Virus record (IMG/VR): IMGVR_UViG_3300030330_004772
Location: 10,686 to 74,685 of that record
DNA length: 64,000 bases
Reading direction: 5' to 3' (one strand)
Source of the DNA: a virus
Taxonomy: Duplodnaviria > Caudoviricetes
Made by a program: the position numbers and the translations under genes. The notes under the pieces are model-generated. The model was not told where the DNA came from and did no database searches. It worked only from the letters and a program-made list of their open reading frames with translations. The first letter of the stretch is position 1, and each line of letters begins with the position of its first letter. This document shows positions 8,249-18,814 of the stretch, one piece after another.

Positions 8249-9952
8249 ATGAAAAATTTTGTAAATCCAAAAAAAATAAAAGGTCAAGACAAATTAGATA
8301 GAATTAAAGATCTAATGGGTAAAATGAGTACCCTAAATGAGAGCACTTCACTTTCAGAAATAGAAAATGTGAAAAAAGGTGCGAATGGAGTAATCTATGG
8401 GATAATAAGAGAAAATCATAGTTATTTTATTAAAACTACTGAAAAAACTTCTGGTACATTAGTTGCAGAAGATTTTAATTATATCGGTGGTTTACAAAAC
8501 AAAAATATTGAGAAATATGGTTCTTATGCTGAAGCATTAAAACAATTGAATTTAAAATTTGATATGCTGAATGAATCTTTTGGTATTAAATCTAATACTA
8601 ATTTGTTTGAGTCTGATGCGGTAGAAGTAAAAGAAGCAAATGCTAGTGGAGTTGTAGTTAAAGAAGAACCTGAAGTTATTGAAGATCAAAAAACGGTAAT
8701 TAAAGTAGATGCCCCCAAGTCAGAGCCGGCACCAGTAGAAGATGAAGTAGGTGGTGAAGATCCATTTGCTGACGAAGAAGGTGGTGAAGATCCATTTGCT
8801 GATGAAGAAGGTGGAGAGGAAGAAATATCGATGGATGTAGAAGAAGAAGGTGAAGAAGATGGAGACGGATATACTAAAAAAATTCAAAAACTAACTGGTA
8901 AAATCGGTCAGATGTTAAGAGATAAAGATGAACCAGATGCGGAATTAGATAAATACGTTATTAATTCTATAGTATCTGCAATTGATTGGGAGGAAATTCC
9001 TGATGAAGATGTTGAAGACATTATTGCTAAAATTGAGGGTGAAGATGAAGAAGATGGTGAATTAGAAGGTGGTGATGAAGTAGGTGGTGAAGATCCATTT
9101 GCTGACGAAGAAGGTGGTGAAGATCCATTTGCTGACGAAGAAGGTGGTGAAGAAGAATTAGCAGAATCTGAAGAAATTAAAGAAGAAAAAGAGACAATTA
9201 ATATTTCTAAAAAACAAATGGAAATGTTAAAAAAAGATGGTAAGTGTGATTGTGGTGATGTAACTCTTAAATTAGATGAATCTGATGATGAACTAGAAGA
9301 AGGAAATAAATTTAGTGGTGAATTAGCTAAAGCTAAAAAAGAAGGTAAAGATGAATTCGAAGTAGATGGTAAAACATATAAAGTAAAAGAATCTAGAAAA
9401 TTTTCTAAAAAACAATTAATGGAAAATTTTTTAAAAAAAAACATTAATGAGTCTTTAAACAAAATTCTTAAAGAGAATGAATTAGTTTGTGAAGTATGTG
9501 GTGAAATGCATGAAGGTGATTGTCATGTCGATGAAGATCTAGATATTACAAATCAAACTTCAGAATTAGCGGGTGACGATGTAGGTGTAGTACACGAAGA
9601 AAATATGTCTGTAGTAGATGCAATTGCTACAGGACAAAATTACTTACAAGCGTCTGGAGATTTAGATAGAGATGGTGATCAAATACCAAATAGATTAGAT
9701 ATGGATAGTAATATGGATGGTGACTTAGATCACCCAACTTTTGATGATGAGGAATTTATAGAAATAGATTTTGATTCATTAATGGGTAATTCACCAGCAC
9801 CAACTAAAGAACCAGGAATTGCGCCACCATCAACTAGACCGGGTAAAAAGAAACCAAGATGGAAAAAAATACCTAGACCAGAAGTTAACCCAAAACCAAA
9901 GGCAACAGATAGAAGAAAATTTCATTTAGGTAGAAAAGGTATGTATAGATAA
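8249..9952 (+). CDS. Acidic putative internal head protein with GGEDPFADEE repeats
   Basis: Very acidic; several LNE/INE/LKE motifs; DLDRDGDQIPNRLDMDSNMDGD motif. Confidence 0.6.
   Translation: MKNFVNPKKIKGQDKLDRIKDLMGKMSTLNESTSLSEIENVKKGANGVIYGIIRENHSYFIKTTEKTSGTLVAEDFNYIGGLQNKNIEKYGSYAEALKQLNLKFDMLNESFGIKSNTNLFESDAVEVKEANASGVVVKEEPEVIEDQKTVIKVDAPKSEPAPVEDEVGGEDPFADEEGGEDPFADEEGGEEEISMDVEEEGEEDGDGYTKKIQKLTGKIGQMLRDKDEPDAELDKYVINSIVSAIDWEEIPDEDVEDIIAKIEGEDEEDGELEGGDEVGGEDPFADEEGGEDPFADEEGGEEELAESEEIKEEKETINISKKQMEMLKKDGKCDCGDVTLKLDESDDELEEGNKFSGELAKAKKEGKDEFEVDGKTYKVKESRKFSKKQLMENFLKKNINESLNKILKENELVCEVCGEMHEGDCHVDEDLDITNQTSELAGDDVGVVHEENMSVVDAIATGQNYLQASGDLDRDGDQIPNRLDMDSNMDGDLDHPTFDDEEFIEIDFDSLMGNSPAPTKEPGIAPPSTRPGKKKPRWKKIPRPEVNPKPKATDRRKFHLGRKGMYR
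8741..9157 (+). repeat. Duplicated ~85-bp block made of 30-bp GGEDPFADEE units
   Basis: 8741-8826 is nearly identical to 9074-9157. Confidence 0.85.
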
Positions 9953-9953
9953 A

Positions 9954-10352
9954 ATGAACTTAGTTTATATAAATAAGGTTGGACAAAATTGGAAAGGGAA
10001 CTTCATATATGAATTTCTCTTTTCTGATATTATAACCGATATAGACGGTGAGGGATGGGATGCGTATCCCGCATCGGGAAATCCTGAATCACCAGAAGAA
10101 AAATTTATAAAAAAAACAGGTTCATTAACGAGTGAATTAAAATTAGATGTTATACAAGAATCTGATTCATTTGCTATGTGGGATGCCGTAGATGGTATTA
10201 TAGCAATGGCTTGGGAAAACTTAGAGGGATATGATGAATATCCTGAAAAAAGATTATTCTTTGAGTTTGGTGAAGAAATAGACTCAGTAGAATCTAAATT
10301 ATATGAAAAAGATATGGTACTATCTTATAACAATGAATTAATAAATGGATAA
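9954..10352 (+). CDS. Hypothetical phage protein
   Basis: ORF track; closely packed in the late operon. Confidence 0.65.
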   Translation: MNLVYINKVGQNWKGNFIYEFLFSDIITDIDGEGWDAYPASGNPESPEEKFIKKTGSLTSELKLDVIQESDSFAMWDAVDGIIAMAWENLEGYDEYPEKRLFFEFGEEIDSVESKLYEKDMVLSYNNELING

Positions 10353-10836
10353 AATGAAAAAAGTAAGAATTTACGAATCAGAAATTAAAAGGGCAGTTAG
10401 AAGAAAATTGATGGAAAATATTTTAGATGAAGAAGAACAAATGACTGTATATGAAAAAGGTTCTAATCCTGATCTAGAACAAATGGAAAAAGGGGAACAG
10501 TTTGGTGTTAAAGATAACGAAGGTACTATACGTACTTTTACTGCAAATGAATCTGAAGAGATGACTGAAGAGTTTGAAATGAAAGATACATATAGTAGAA
10601 AAAATTATAGACAATCTCCTAGAGAAAGAGATATTGAGGGGGTATTCGGACAATATGGTGAAGAAATCCCACCATCAGTATTAAGATATATGAGAAAAAA
10701 TCCAGAGAAGATAGTTAAAAGATTATATGATATATATGGACAACAAATGTTTGATTATATATCACCTAACTTACCTGATAACCCACAATACGAAGTTAGT
10801 ATTGAGGATATCGTTAGAGAGAACCTAAGAAAATAA
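10345..10836 (+). CDS. Hypothetical, putative head protein
   Basis: N-terminus MKKVRIYESEIKRAVRRKLME resembles the shared leader motif. Confidence 0.6.
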   Translation: MDKMKKVRIYESEIKRAVRRKLMENILDEEEQMTVYEKGSNPDLEQMEKGEQFGVKDNEGTIRTFTANESEEMTEEFEMKDTYSRKNYRQSPRERDIEGVFGQYGEEIPPSVLRYMRKNPEKIVKRLYDIYGQQMFDYISPNLPDNPQYEVSIEDIVRENLRK

Positions 10837-10854
10837 TTTTTATACTTTATTCAG

Positions 10855-11448
10855 ATGAAAACAGTAGATAAATATACCAAACCAAAAATGAAGAAAAAGG
10901 ATTTAATAGAATACATTAAATTCAAAAAAGATGGTGGGTATAAAAAATACAAAAAATCTGATTTACTAGGTGAAGCACGAAGAGATCAATATGATTTTCC
11001 TAGATTTACCAATGAATTAAGTGGTCCAGAAGTTAAAATGTTAATTAAGTATTTAGAGAAAATTAAAGATAGTGGATTAACTAATATGTTTGGTGCACAT
11101 CCTATCTTAAATTGGGCTAAAGATGATTTACATAGATGGTTATATGGTATGAGAAAAGATTTAGATTCTTTAGAACAACAAAAAGAAGATTTAGAGTACG
11201 ATATAGAAAATGAAGGTGAAGATAGGGGTATATATGAATCAGAATTAGATTCATTAGAAGAACAAATAGAGATTATAAAATATTTATTAGATAATAAAAG
11301 AGAAGTAAGAGACATATTAATAAGGGGAGCATTAAAAAGGATTGATAATACTGATGGAAATCATGAAACTAGAAATGTACAAAAAGTGTTTGAGAGAATG
11401 GCGAAAGATGCTTGGGTTATGTGGACTTCATTATATAGTATAGGTTAA
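10855..11448 (+). CDS. Hypothetical, putative head protein
   Basis: ORF track; basic N-terminus ending in LLGE. Confidence 0.6.
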   Translation: MKTVDKYTKPKMKKKDLIEYIKFKKDGGYKKYKKSDLLGEARRDQYDFPRFTNELSGPEVKMLIKYLEKIKDSGLTNMFGAHPILNWAKDDLHRWLYGMRKDLDSLEQQKEDLEYDIENEGEDRGIYESELDSLEEQIEIIKYLLDNKREVRDILIRGALKRIDNTDGNHETRNVQKVFERMAKDAWVMWTSLYSIG

Positions 11449-11458
11449 AACAAAATAA

Positions 11459-12886
11459 ATGAAAAAGGTAAAAATTAAAATAGACTTAGATAAAATTACT
11501 AAAAAAGTAATTAAAGAACACCAAATGTTAAAAGGTGAGTTAAAAAGAATTGAAAAACTTAATGAAGGTATAGAATATGACCCTAATCACCCAGAAAGAA
11601 TGAATCCTAATTTAGAAGATAAATTAAGAAGTGGTGAACATACCTTTGGTAGAAATAAGGGTTTACCTGCGACAGGTACTAATCAAAACTTTTCAGAAAA
11701 ATTAGCAAGTTCTCGTTTTAAAGATATTATTAATAAAGTCAAAAGGTATCACGGTATTCAACAAATCGATCCTCAAATGATGATGCAGATGATGATGATT
11801 ATGCAACAAGTTGCACAAATAGAGTCACAACACAAAGATGCATTAGAAAGATTAGCAGTAGAAATTGTAAGTGAGGAATTTGATATTCCAGATGATATGT
11901 TAGATGCGGAATTATTACCTCCGGGTTCACCATTAGATTTAGATCAAGATGAAGGTGGGGAAGAAGAAGAACAGGAAGAGTTTCAGTCTAAGAGTGCTGA
12001 ACGAATGGAGGAATTAGAAATTGAGGTAGATAAAAGAAATGTAATTAATGCATTAATGCAGGGAGCAGCCAAAAAAGGACACTATATCTTCCATATGGTT
12101 GCAGATGAGTTAGACAGTATTGATCCTAGATTAATGAGTTTATATGGTAAACTAATGTCTTTAGCTGATTTCCAATATTGGGTAATACCTGATCAAGCAA
12201 TGGGTGGACAAATAGGTGGAACAGAAAAAATTAAATGGGAAAAACCTAAAGATGAAGAAGGTAATGAACAAGAGGATGAAGAAGAAGAACCAGTGGTAGA
12301 AGCTAAAGCTTGGATATTCCCATTATTAGTACATGAACTTATTAAAGGTGCTATGGAATTAGCCGCATCCAATTGGGGGGAAGGTCATTTAGATTTTGAA
12401 GAACAGAAACATGTTATTGATAGAGCGGACACAATAGAGAATGAAATATGGGGAATGAGATTAGGTCCAGGTATGTGGGAAAAATTTGTAGCTTGTATAG
12501 ATGATGATGATTACAAATTAAAACAATGGTTCTTTCATGAACTTACTAAGTTACCGGCACAACAATTTCATACCTTTATGAAAGAGATATTGTCTAATAG
12601 TGCAAAATGTAAAGAAGTGATTGCACACTTAAAAGAACTACACTTAGCAGACGAAGATGAAGAATTAGATGATTTAATTATTGGTGATGAAGGTAACTTT
12701 GAGGATGGTTTAGATGACTTAATGGTTGACGCAGGTGTTGCACCACCACAAGATGAACCAAGTGAAGAAGTAGATGTAGAAGTTGATTATAGTGAAATGT
12801 CACCTAGAGAAATACAAGATCTTATAGATGATGCATTAGATGCGGGTGATTTTGATACCGTAGGTATGTTATCTAAGTATTTATAA
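11459..12886 (+). CDS. Hypothetical, putative head protein (475 aa)
   Basis: Basic leader ending KLNE; Met-rich patch; acidic C-terminus. Confidence 0.6.
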   Translation: MKKVKIKIDLDKITKKVIKEHQMLKGELKRIEKLNEGIEYDPNHPERMNPNLEDKLRSGEHTFGRNKGLPATGTNQNFSEKLASSRFKDIINKVKRYHGIQQIDPQMMMQMMMIMQQVAQIESQHKDALERLAVEIVSEEFDIPDDMLDAELLPPGSPLDLDQDEGGEEEEQEEFQSKSAERMEELEIEVDKRNVINALMQGAAKKGHYIFHMVADELDSIDPRLMSLYGKLMSLADFQYWVIPDQAMGGQIGGTEKIKWEKPKDEEGNEQEDEEEEPVVEAKAWIFPLLVHELIKGAMELAASNWGEGHLDFEEQKHVIDRADTIENEIWGMRLGPGMWEKFVACIDDDDYKLKQWFFHELTKLPAQQFHTFMKEILSNSAKCKEVIAHLKELHLADEDEELDDLIIGDEGNFEDGLDDLMVDAGVAPPQDEPSEEVDVEVDYSEMSPREIQDLIDDALDAGDFDTVGMLSKYL

Positions 12887-12905
12887 AATTATAAAAAAAT
12901 AATAT

Positions 12906-12930
12906 ATCCCACTTAGGTGGGATTTTTTTT
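12906..12930 (+). terminator. Rho-independent terminator
   Basis: ATCCCAC-TTAG-GTGGGAT followed by a T-run. Confidence 0.85.
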
Positions 12931-12964
12931 GCTCTTTCGTAATATTTATTAATAAAACATTGCG

Positions 12965-14293
12965 ATGAAAATTAAATTAACAGAATCACAACTGAAAAGA
13001 GTTTTAAATGAAATGCGTTTTGATGGTAAATCTACCGGTTTATTTTCAGAAGAAGAACATATAGACGAAGGTAGAAAGAAAAGAAGAAAAAAACGTAAAT
13101 CAAGAAAACGTAAATCTACAAGAAGTAAATCTAAGAAAAAGAAAAATACATTATGCGCTAGAGGTAAGAGTGCTGCTAAGGCTAAGTTTGATGTTTACCC
13201 ATCTGCTTATGCTAACGGGTATGCAGTTCAAGTGTGTAAAGGTAAAATAAAAGGTTTAGATGGTACTAAAAAATGTAGTGGAAGTTACTGTAGAGGAAAA
13301 AAAAATGAATCTTACGAAATAGGTGAGGTAGAAGTTGTAGAAAGGTTAGACGAAGATTTAGCCGTATGGTTCGGTACAAAAAAAAAGAAAAAAGGGGGTA
13401 AACAACCACAAGGACCATGGGTAAACATATGTAGAAAAAAGAAAGGTGGTGGACACCCTACATGTGGGAGAAGTGATTCAGATAAAGGAGGTTATCCCGT
13501 ATGTAGAGCAAAAAGTGTTGCGGCTAATATGTCACAATCTGCAAAAGATTCAGCATGTAGACGTAAAAGAGAAAAAGAAAAGAATGATGGTAAATCGGGT
13601 AAAGGACAATCCCCTAGCCCAATTAAAGTAAAAAATTACAAACCAAGAAAAAGAAAAACTTCTAAGAGAAAATCTAAAAAGAATGAATCAGTAAACATCA
13701 ACAGAATGATGATTACTGAAAACAGAACAATTGTTAGTGAAGGATTAAGATATCATTTAGATAATCAAATACCTTTATCAGAAAACATTTATAGATACGG
13801 TAGTGAATCTTTTTTTAATTTAATTAATGAAGTAAGAAAATTACATAGTAGTAATAAAGTTAATTTATCTTATTTAGATGAAGAATTACTTAAAACAGAT
13901 ATTGGTAGGAAAGCAGTATTTGAGGGTAAAGAAGTTTGGTTAGATATCCCAATGGAAGACAATGAAATTTTAACTGAAGCAAAATTTAGAGGTAAGACAG
14001 TAAAGACTAATTCTCCACAAAGAAGTTCTTCTGGTGGTAAAGCATATAGAGTATATGTAAGTGGATGTGTTAATAAAACCAAATCCAACCCATCTGGAGT
14101 AAAACAAATTAGATTTGGTTCTGGTGGATTAAAGGCTAAGTTAAGTAATAAAGATGCTAAGAAATCTTACAACGCTAGACACGGTTGTTCTAAAGGTAGA
14201 CATAACGATAAATGTAAGGCAGGATATTGGTCTTGTAGGTTACCAAGATACGCCAAGAAATTAGGTTTATCTGGTGGTGGAACATGGTGGTAA
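12965..14293 (+). CDS. Highly basic, Cys/Lys-rich multidomain protein, putative virion DNA-binding protein
   Basis: MKIKLTESQLKRVLNE leader; K/R runs; YPSAYANG and FG...K......SYNARH.C...GYWSCR motifs. Confidence 0.6.
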   Translation: MKIKLTESQLKRVLNEMRFDGKSTGLFSEEEHIDEGRKKRRKKRKSRKRKSTRSKSKKKKNTLCARGKSAAKAKFDVYPSAYANGYAVQVCKGKIKGLDGTKKCSGSYCRGKKNESYEIGEVEVVERLDEDLAVWFGTKKKKKGGKQPQGPWVNICRKKKGGGHPTCGRSDSDKGGYPVCRAKSVAANMSQSAKDSACRRKREKEKNDGKSGKGQSPSPIKVKNYKPRKRKTSKRKSKKNESVNINRMMITENRTIVSEGLRYHLDNQIPLSENIYRYGSESFFNLINEVRKLHSSNKVNLSYLDEELLKTDIGRKAVFEGKEVWLDIPMEDNEILTEAKFRGKTVKTNSPQRSSSGGKAYRVYVSGCVNKTKSNPSGVKQIRFGSGGLKAKLSNKDAKKSYNARHGCSKGRHNDKCKAGYWSCRLPRYAKKLGLSGGGTWW

Positions 14294-14303
14294 AAAAAAA
14301 GAT

Positions 14304-14570
14304 ATGAAAAAGATAAAATTAACAGAAAAAGATTTATTGAGGATAGTTAAGGAAACTATCAAAGAAGATAGGAAAACTGAAAATTATATGTTTTTTAGTA
14401 ATCTTAAACAAATGAGAAGACAGATTGATATGATGTTGGAAAATTTAAATCCTCATTGGGTAGATTCAACATTGGCAGATGGGCACGACTGGGCAGATGA
14501 TAAGATAAGTGAATCTAAAACAAATATTGATAGTGTATTCGATTTCTTCATGAATAAAAAAGAAGAGTAA
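14304..14570 (+). CDS. Hypothetical, putative head protein
   Basis: In-frame ATG at 14304 gives the MKKIKLTEKDLLRIVKETIKE leader. Confidence 0.6.
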   Translation: MKKIKLTEKDLLRIVKETIKEDRKTENYMFFSNLKQMRRQIDMMLENLNPHWVDSTLADGHDWADDKISESKTNIDSVFDFFMNKKEE

Positions 14571-14830
14571 TGAGTTTACCATTTAAAGAAAAGTTAGAAA
14601 ATGGATATCACATTAGAACATTCTCTAATGAAACTGATAGTGGTGAATTAGTGTGGCATAGAGACAAAGAAGATAGAATTGTAGAATCTATAGGTGACAC
14701 TAACTGGATGATTCAATTAGACAACGAAATACCTAAACCTTTAACTGAAAGAACATTTATACCTAAAGAGGTATATCATAGAGTAATAAAAGGGGATGGA
14801 GATTTAAAAGTAAGAATTAAAAAACTATGA
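14570..14830 (+). CDS. Small cupin-like protein
   Basis: WHRDKEDR ... FIPKEVYHRVIKG resembles the two cupin metal-binding motifs. Confidence 0.55.
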   Translation: MSLPFKEKLENGYHIRTFSNETDSGELVWHRDKEDRIVESIGDTNWMIQLDNEIPKPLTERTFIPKEVYHRVIKGDGDLKVRIKKL

Positions 14831-16080
14831 ATTTAAACTTCCAACATATAATTAACGAAAGTACTGAGGATAATCCTAAAATAGAAAACATGATGTTTCG
14901 TCTGTTTAATAGGGAGTTTTTTCCTATGTGGAGAGATAATGATAGTAACCCACATAGAACCGGTTTTAGATATGATAATCTTGGACAGGTATTAAATGTT
15001 TTTGTAGAAATGGTGTCATTAGACTATGAAGTTATTTTATATTTTTTCATAAAATGGACATTAGACCCTAATTCTAAATGGAATGAGGAAGATGGTGGTA
15101 ACTTATTTAGTGAGTTTCAGGTAGATGAGGTAAGTGGTTGGTATGGAGCAAAAAGTACAAACATATATAGTATATTAAAAAAGTTAGATTTTTTTAATAA
15201 AAGTTTTAAGACAGGAAAAACTGATGAGGATGGCAATCCAATAAAACTTAATTATTATGATACTATGTCATTTAACGACACCGAAGGATTATACCCTAAT
15301 ATGGTATTATCTGTTGATGGATGGGATGAGTTCGCAGAATTATTTAAGGATAGGGATTTGGCGGAAGAGGCATTTAGTGAAGATCATAGTGATTTCTTTT
15401 CTTATTACGATACCCCAATGGATGAGATAGTCTCAGATATGACAGGAAAGGCAATGGATAGTGTAATAGAATCTATACCTGCATATACAGACAAAATTAT
15501 GATGGGTGGTGCAGGATTAGAAGAGTTATATGAATTGGGTATCCCTGAAGAGGTTTTAGGTGATGATGGGGATTTCTTAGATATTAACCCAACTTTTATA
15601 AATACATTAAGAACACAGATAAAAAATAATGAAGTAGATGGGGAAGTTGTTTTAGATTTTTTATTAGATCATAGAGAATTATATGAATTAGTGAGAGATA
15701 TTAGAAGTGCATATGAAAGAACAATGAATGATGTGGTAGAATCGGATGTAAGAAATCGAGGAATAGAAGAAATTACTGAGTTATTTGGTGGTAAACCAGA
15801 TTGGGTACAAAATACTAAGAGTGAAAATACTAATAGGTATGATTTAAAAGTACCAATTCCTACTGAATTAATAGATAGGGTAATTGAACATTATATTGAT
15901 GTTGAAACCGCTTTTGTTGAGGAACAAGAATCATACTTTTTAGATGCGGTTGCAAGGATGTTAGATGAGGAATATGAAAAATTATCCTTACCTAATTTAG
16001 ATTACTACTATCCTGATACTACAAAGGCGAAAGAGTGGTTTGAAGAAAGTTTATATAATTATTTAGAAATGAGTGCGTAA
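14827..16080 (+). CDS. Hypothetical acidic protein, putative head protein
   Basis: MNLNFQHIINE leader; ATGA overlap with the upstream gene. Confidence 0.6.
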   Translation: MNLNFQHIINESTEDNPKIENMMFRLFNREFFPMWRDNDSNPHRTGFRYDNLGQVLNVFVEMVSLDYEVILYFFIKWTLDPNSKWNEEDGGNLFSEFQVDEVSGWYGAKSTNIYSILKKLDFFNKSFKTGKTDEDGNPIKLNYYDTMSFNDTEGLYPNMVLSVDGWDEFAELFKDRDLAEEAFSEDHSDFFSYYDTPMDEIVSDMTGKAMDSVIESIPAYTDKIMMGGAGLEELYELGIPEEVLGDDGDFLDINPTFINTLRTQIKNNEVDGEVVLDFLLDHRELYELVRDIRSAYERTMNDVVESDVRNRGIEEITELFGGKPDWVQNTKSENTNRYDLKVPIPTELIDRVIEHYIDVETAFVEEQESYFLDAVARMLDEEYEKLSLPNLDYYYPDTTKAKEWFEESLYNYLEMSA

Positions 16081-16084
16081 TACT

Positions 16085-16927
16085 ATGAAAATTAAATTAA
16101 CAGAGGAACAATATCGTAAGTTTGTATCGGAAGATACTAACCGCACTAACTTTATGAATAAAGTCTATAAAGAAATTGAAGGTCATGATTTTGAACATGT
16201 TTGGGATTTAATAGTAAATGTATATGGGTTTACTGTAGATGAAATTATAGAAGATGAGATGTTATATCACTTATTAGGTTATAAAATGTTAGATAGAGTA
16301 CGAAATTCGGGTTACTTAGGTTTTAATCCTAGACCTTATAGAAGGTATATGAATGCGATTGCAGAAAAACTTAGTGATGAAGTATTTGAATCCAATATCC
16401 CATCCCCACAGATGGCAATAGAACTGAAGCAAATACTTTATCTATTTGATGATACAGTTGCAAGAGATGAAACTGTAGAAAGAATATTAAATACTGTAGA
16501 TTCAGCATTAGAGTATTTTTTTGAACATAACTCACCTAAAAAAGCAATACAATTAGCATCACTTTTATATAAAAAAATAAGAGGTGGAGGTATTGTTTTT
16601 GATAGAGATGTTATAAATAAAATTAGAAATTTTGCAGAAAGACAAGGACTAATACTATTCCCTAAAACTGCGGGACTAACTTTTGAGAAAAAGGATGGTA
16701 TGATACAGTCACTAATAAATTACATTCAAGATAAACCTAAGAAAACTAAAGAAGGATTTTTAAAATATATAAATTCTAGAGGTAGATCATCAGGACAACA
16801 CTCAACATTTTTTAGAGCGGCAGTACATGCGGGTATTATTAAAAAAGTTAGGGATGGTAGAACAATCACTTACGAATTAGGTCCCAATTACGAAGCGTGG
16901 AAAAACGGTAATTTAGTTGCGTTTTAA
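16085..16927 (+). CDS. Hypothetical, putative head protein with a possible C-terminal winged helix
   Basis: MKIKLTEEQYRKFVSE leader at 16085; C-terminal FFRAAVHAGIIKKVRDGRTITYELG. Confidence 0.55.
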   Translation: MKIKLTEEQYRKFVSEDTNRTNFMNKVYKEIEGHDFEHVWDLIVNVYGFTVDEIIEDEMLYHLLGYKMLDRVRNSGYLGFNPRPYRRYMNAIAEKLSDEVFESNIPSPQMAIELKQILYLFDDTVARDETVERILNTVDSALEYFFEHNSPKKAIQLASLLYKKIRGGGIVFDRDVINKIRNFAERQGLILFPKTAGLTFEKKDGMIQSLINYIQDKPKKTKEGFLKYINSRGRSSGQHSTFFRAAVHAGIIKKVRDGRTITYELGPNYEAWKNGNLVAF

Positions 16928-16968
16928 CGATTTATTTACATTTTGATATTTATTAATAAACTTATCTT

Positions 16969-18762
16969 ATGGATAGAGGTGAAAAATTAAAATTATATGC
17001 GAAGTGTTTAGGTGATCCGATATATGCAATAGAAACATTTCTTAAAACTTATGACTTAACTCAAAAAGGGTTCGTTCCTTTTAAACTATTTCATAAACAA
17101 AAAGAAATAATTAGTTCATACGAAAAATACAATCGTAATATTGTAACTAAACCTAGACAGGCTGGTGTATCAACTACCACTGCAGCATATATTGCGGCAA
17201 AGATTGCATTTGGTGATCCTAATAATCCATGGAAAGTACTAGTATTAGCAAATAAACAAACATTAGCACAAGAGTTCCTTAAAAAAATAAAAGATTTTCT
17301 AGATCAAATACCATCATGGGTATGGGGAATAGATGAAGATGAATCTTATTTATCTATTGAATCTAAGGGACATATTAAAACTAAAGACACTCAATGTGAA
17401 GTAAAAGCGTTAGCAACCTCTAAAGATGCATTAAGGGGGTATACACCAACATTTTTAGTTATGGATGAAGCGGCATTTATCGATAAAGGAGCAGAAGTAT
17501 TTGGTGCCGCACTAACTTCGTTAGGTACAGGTGGTAAAGTAACTTTAATTTCAACACCTAACGGACAAGATGCATTATACTATAAAACTTATGATGGTGC
17601 TAAACAAGGCGATAATAACTTCAATATAATCGAAATGAGGTGGCATGAAGATATTAGATATAATAGGGGTTTAAAATGGTTAAGAGGTGAAGACGAAGTT
17701 ATTGAATGTGAAACGGTAGGTAGAGAAACATTGAGATGGGAATACAGTGGTAAAACATATGAAACTAATAGTATTGATATAAGCGACTATAATGTAATGG
17801 TAAAAGATGGGTGGAAAGGTTCTTCTCCGTGGTATGAAGAAATGTGTAGAGATATGAATGGGGACAAAAAACAAATAGCACAGGAATTAGACGTATCCTT
17901 TGTTTCTTCAGGAGGTAATGTAATAGATGAAGAATACATAGAGTTTCAAGAAAAAAATAATGTACAAGAACCAAAATATAAGGCAGAGATGGAAAAATCT
18001 ATGTGGATATGGAAAGAACCTGAAGAAGGACATAAATATATTATGGGTGTAGATGTTTCTAGAGGAGATGGGAAAGATAGTTCTACTATTGTAATATTAG
18101 ATTTTGAAAACTTAGAACAAGTTGCAGAATTTAAGTATAAATTACCTCCAGATCTATTGGCAGAAATAGTTTATAAGTATGGTAATTTATATAATGCATA
18201 TACTGTTGTAGATATTACAGGTGGTATGGGAGTTTCTACTGTAATGAAATTATTAGAGATGGGGTATGAACATTTACATTATGATGATCCTAAAAGTAGA
18301 AAATTAAGTGAAAAATATGTTAAAACATTATATAAACAAGGTGATAAAGTACCTGGTTTTAATGTTGGTAGTAGTAGATTACAAATGGTTAGTGATTTAG
18401 AAGAACACATAAGAGAAAATAAAACAATAATTCGTTCTGTTAGGTTAATATCGGAATTAAAAACTTTTGTTTATAGAAATGGTAGACCTGATCATATGGA
18501 TGGATATCATGATGATATCATTATGGCATTGGCAATGCCATTATTCGTAGTTCAAACAACTTTTAAAAAACTAAAACAGGCAGAAAATCAAACAAGGGCA
18601 ATGTTAGATAGTTGGACAACTGTTAGTAATAGTAGTAATAAAATTACCCCTAAACCTATTCATACTAACCCATTTTATAGTAATACGCCCACTTATCATC
18701 CTAAACAAAACCATAATAATACAGATAGTGGTGATTATAATTGGTTATTTGGTATAAAGTAA
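16969..18762 (+). CDS. gp17: Terminase large subunit (T4 gp17-like)
   Basis: KPRQAGVSTT Walker A; LVMDEAAF Walker B; ISTPNG; nuclease motifs GVDVSRGDGKD and HDDIIMA. Confidence 0.95.
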   Translation: MDRGEKLKLYAKCLGDPIYAIETFLKTYDLTQKGFVPFKLFHKQKEIISSYEKYNRNIVTKPRQAGVSTTTAAYIAAKIAFGDPNNPWKVLVLANKQTLAQEFLKKIKDFLDQIPSWVWGIDEDESYLSIESKGHIKTKDTQCEVKALATSKDALRGYTPTFLVMDEAAFIDKGAEVFGAALTSLGTGGKVTLISTPNGQDALYYKTYDGAKQGDNNFNIIEMRWHEDIRYNRGLKWLRGEDEVIECETVGRETLRWEYSGKTYETNSIDISDYNVMVKDGWKGSSPWYEEMCRDMNGDKKQIAQELDVSFVSSGGNVIDEEYIEFQEKNNVQEPKYKAEMEKSMWIWKEPEEGHKYIMGVDVSRGDGKDSSTIVILDFENLEQVAEFKYKLPPDLLAEIVYKYGNLYNAYTVVDITGGMGVSTVMKLLEMGYEHLHYDDPKSRKLSEKYVKTLYKQGDKVPGFNVGSSRLQMVSDLEEHIRENKTIIRSVRLISELKTFVYRNGRPDHMDGYHDDIIMALAMPLFVVQTTFKKLKQAENQTRAMLDSWTTVSNSSNKITPKPIHTNPFYSNTPTYHPKQNHNNTDSGDYNWLFGIK

Positions 18763-18814
18763 CATTTAGTTTTTACCAGATATTTATTATAATAGTAAAA
18801 GATAATATATAAAA

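Noticed and set aside
16969-18762. Intein or intron in the terminase
   Set aside because: The ORF is continuous and of ordinary length, with no splicing or homing-endonuclease motifs seen.
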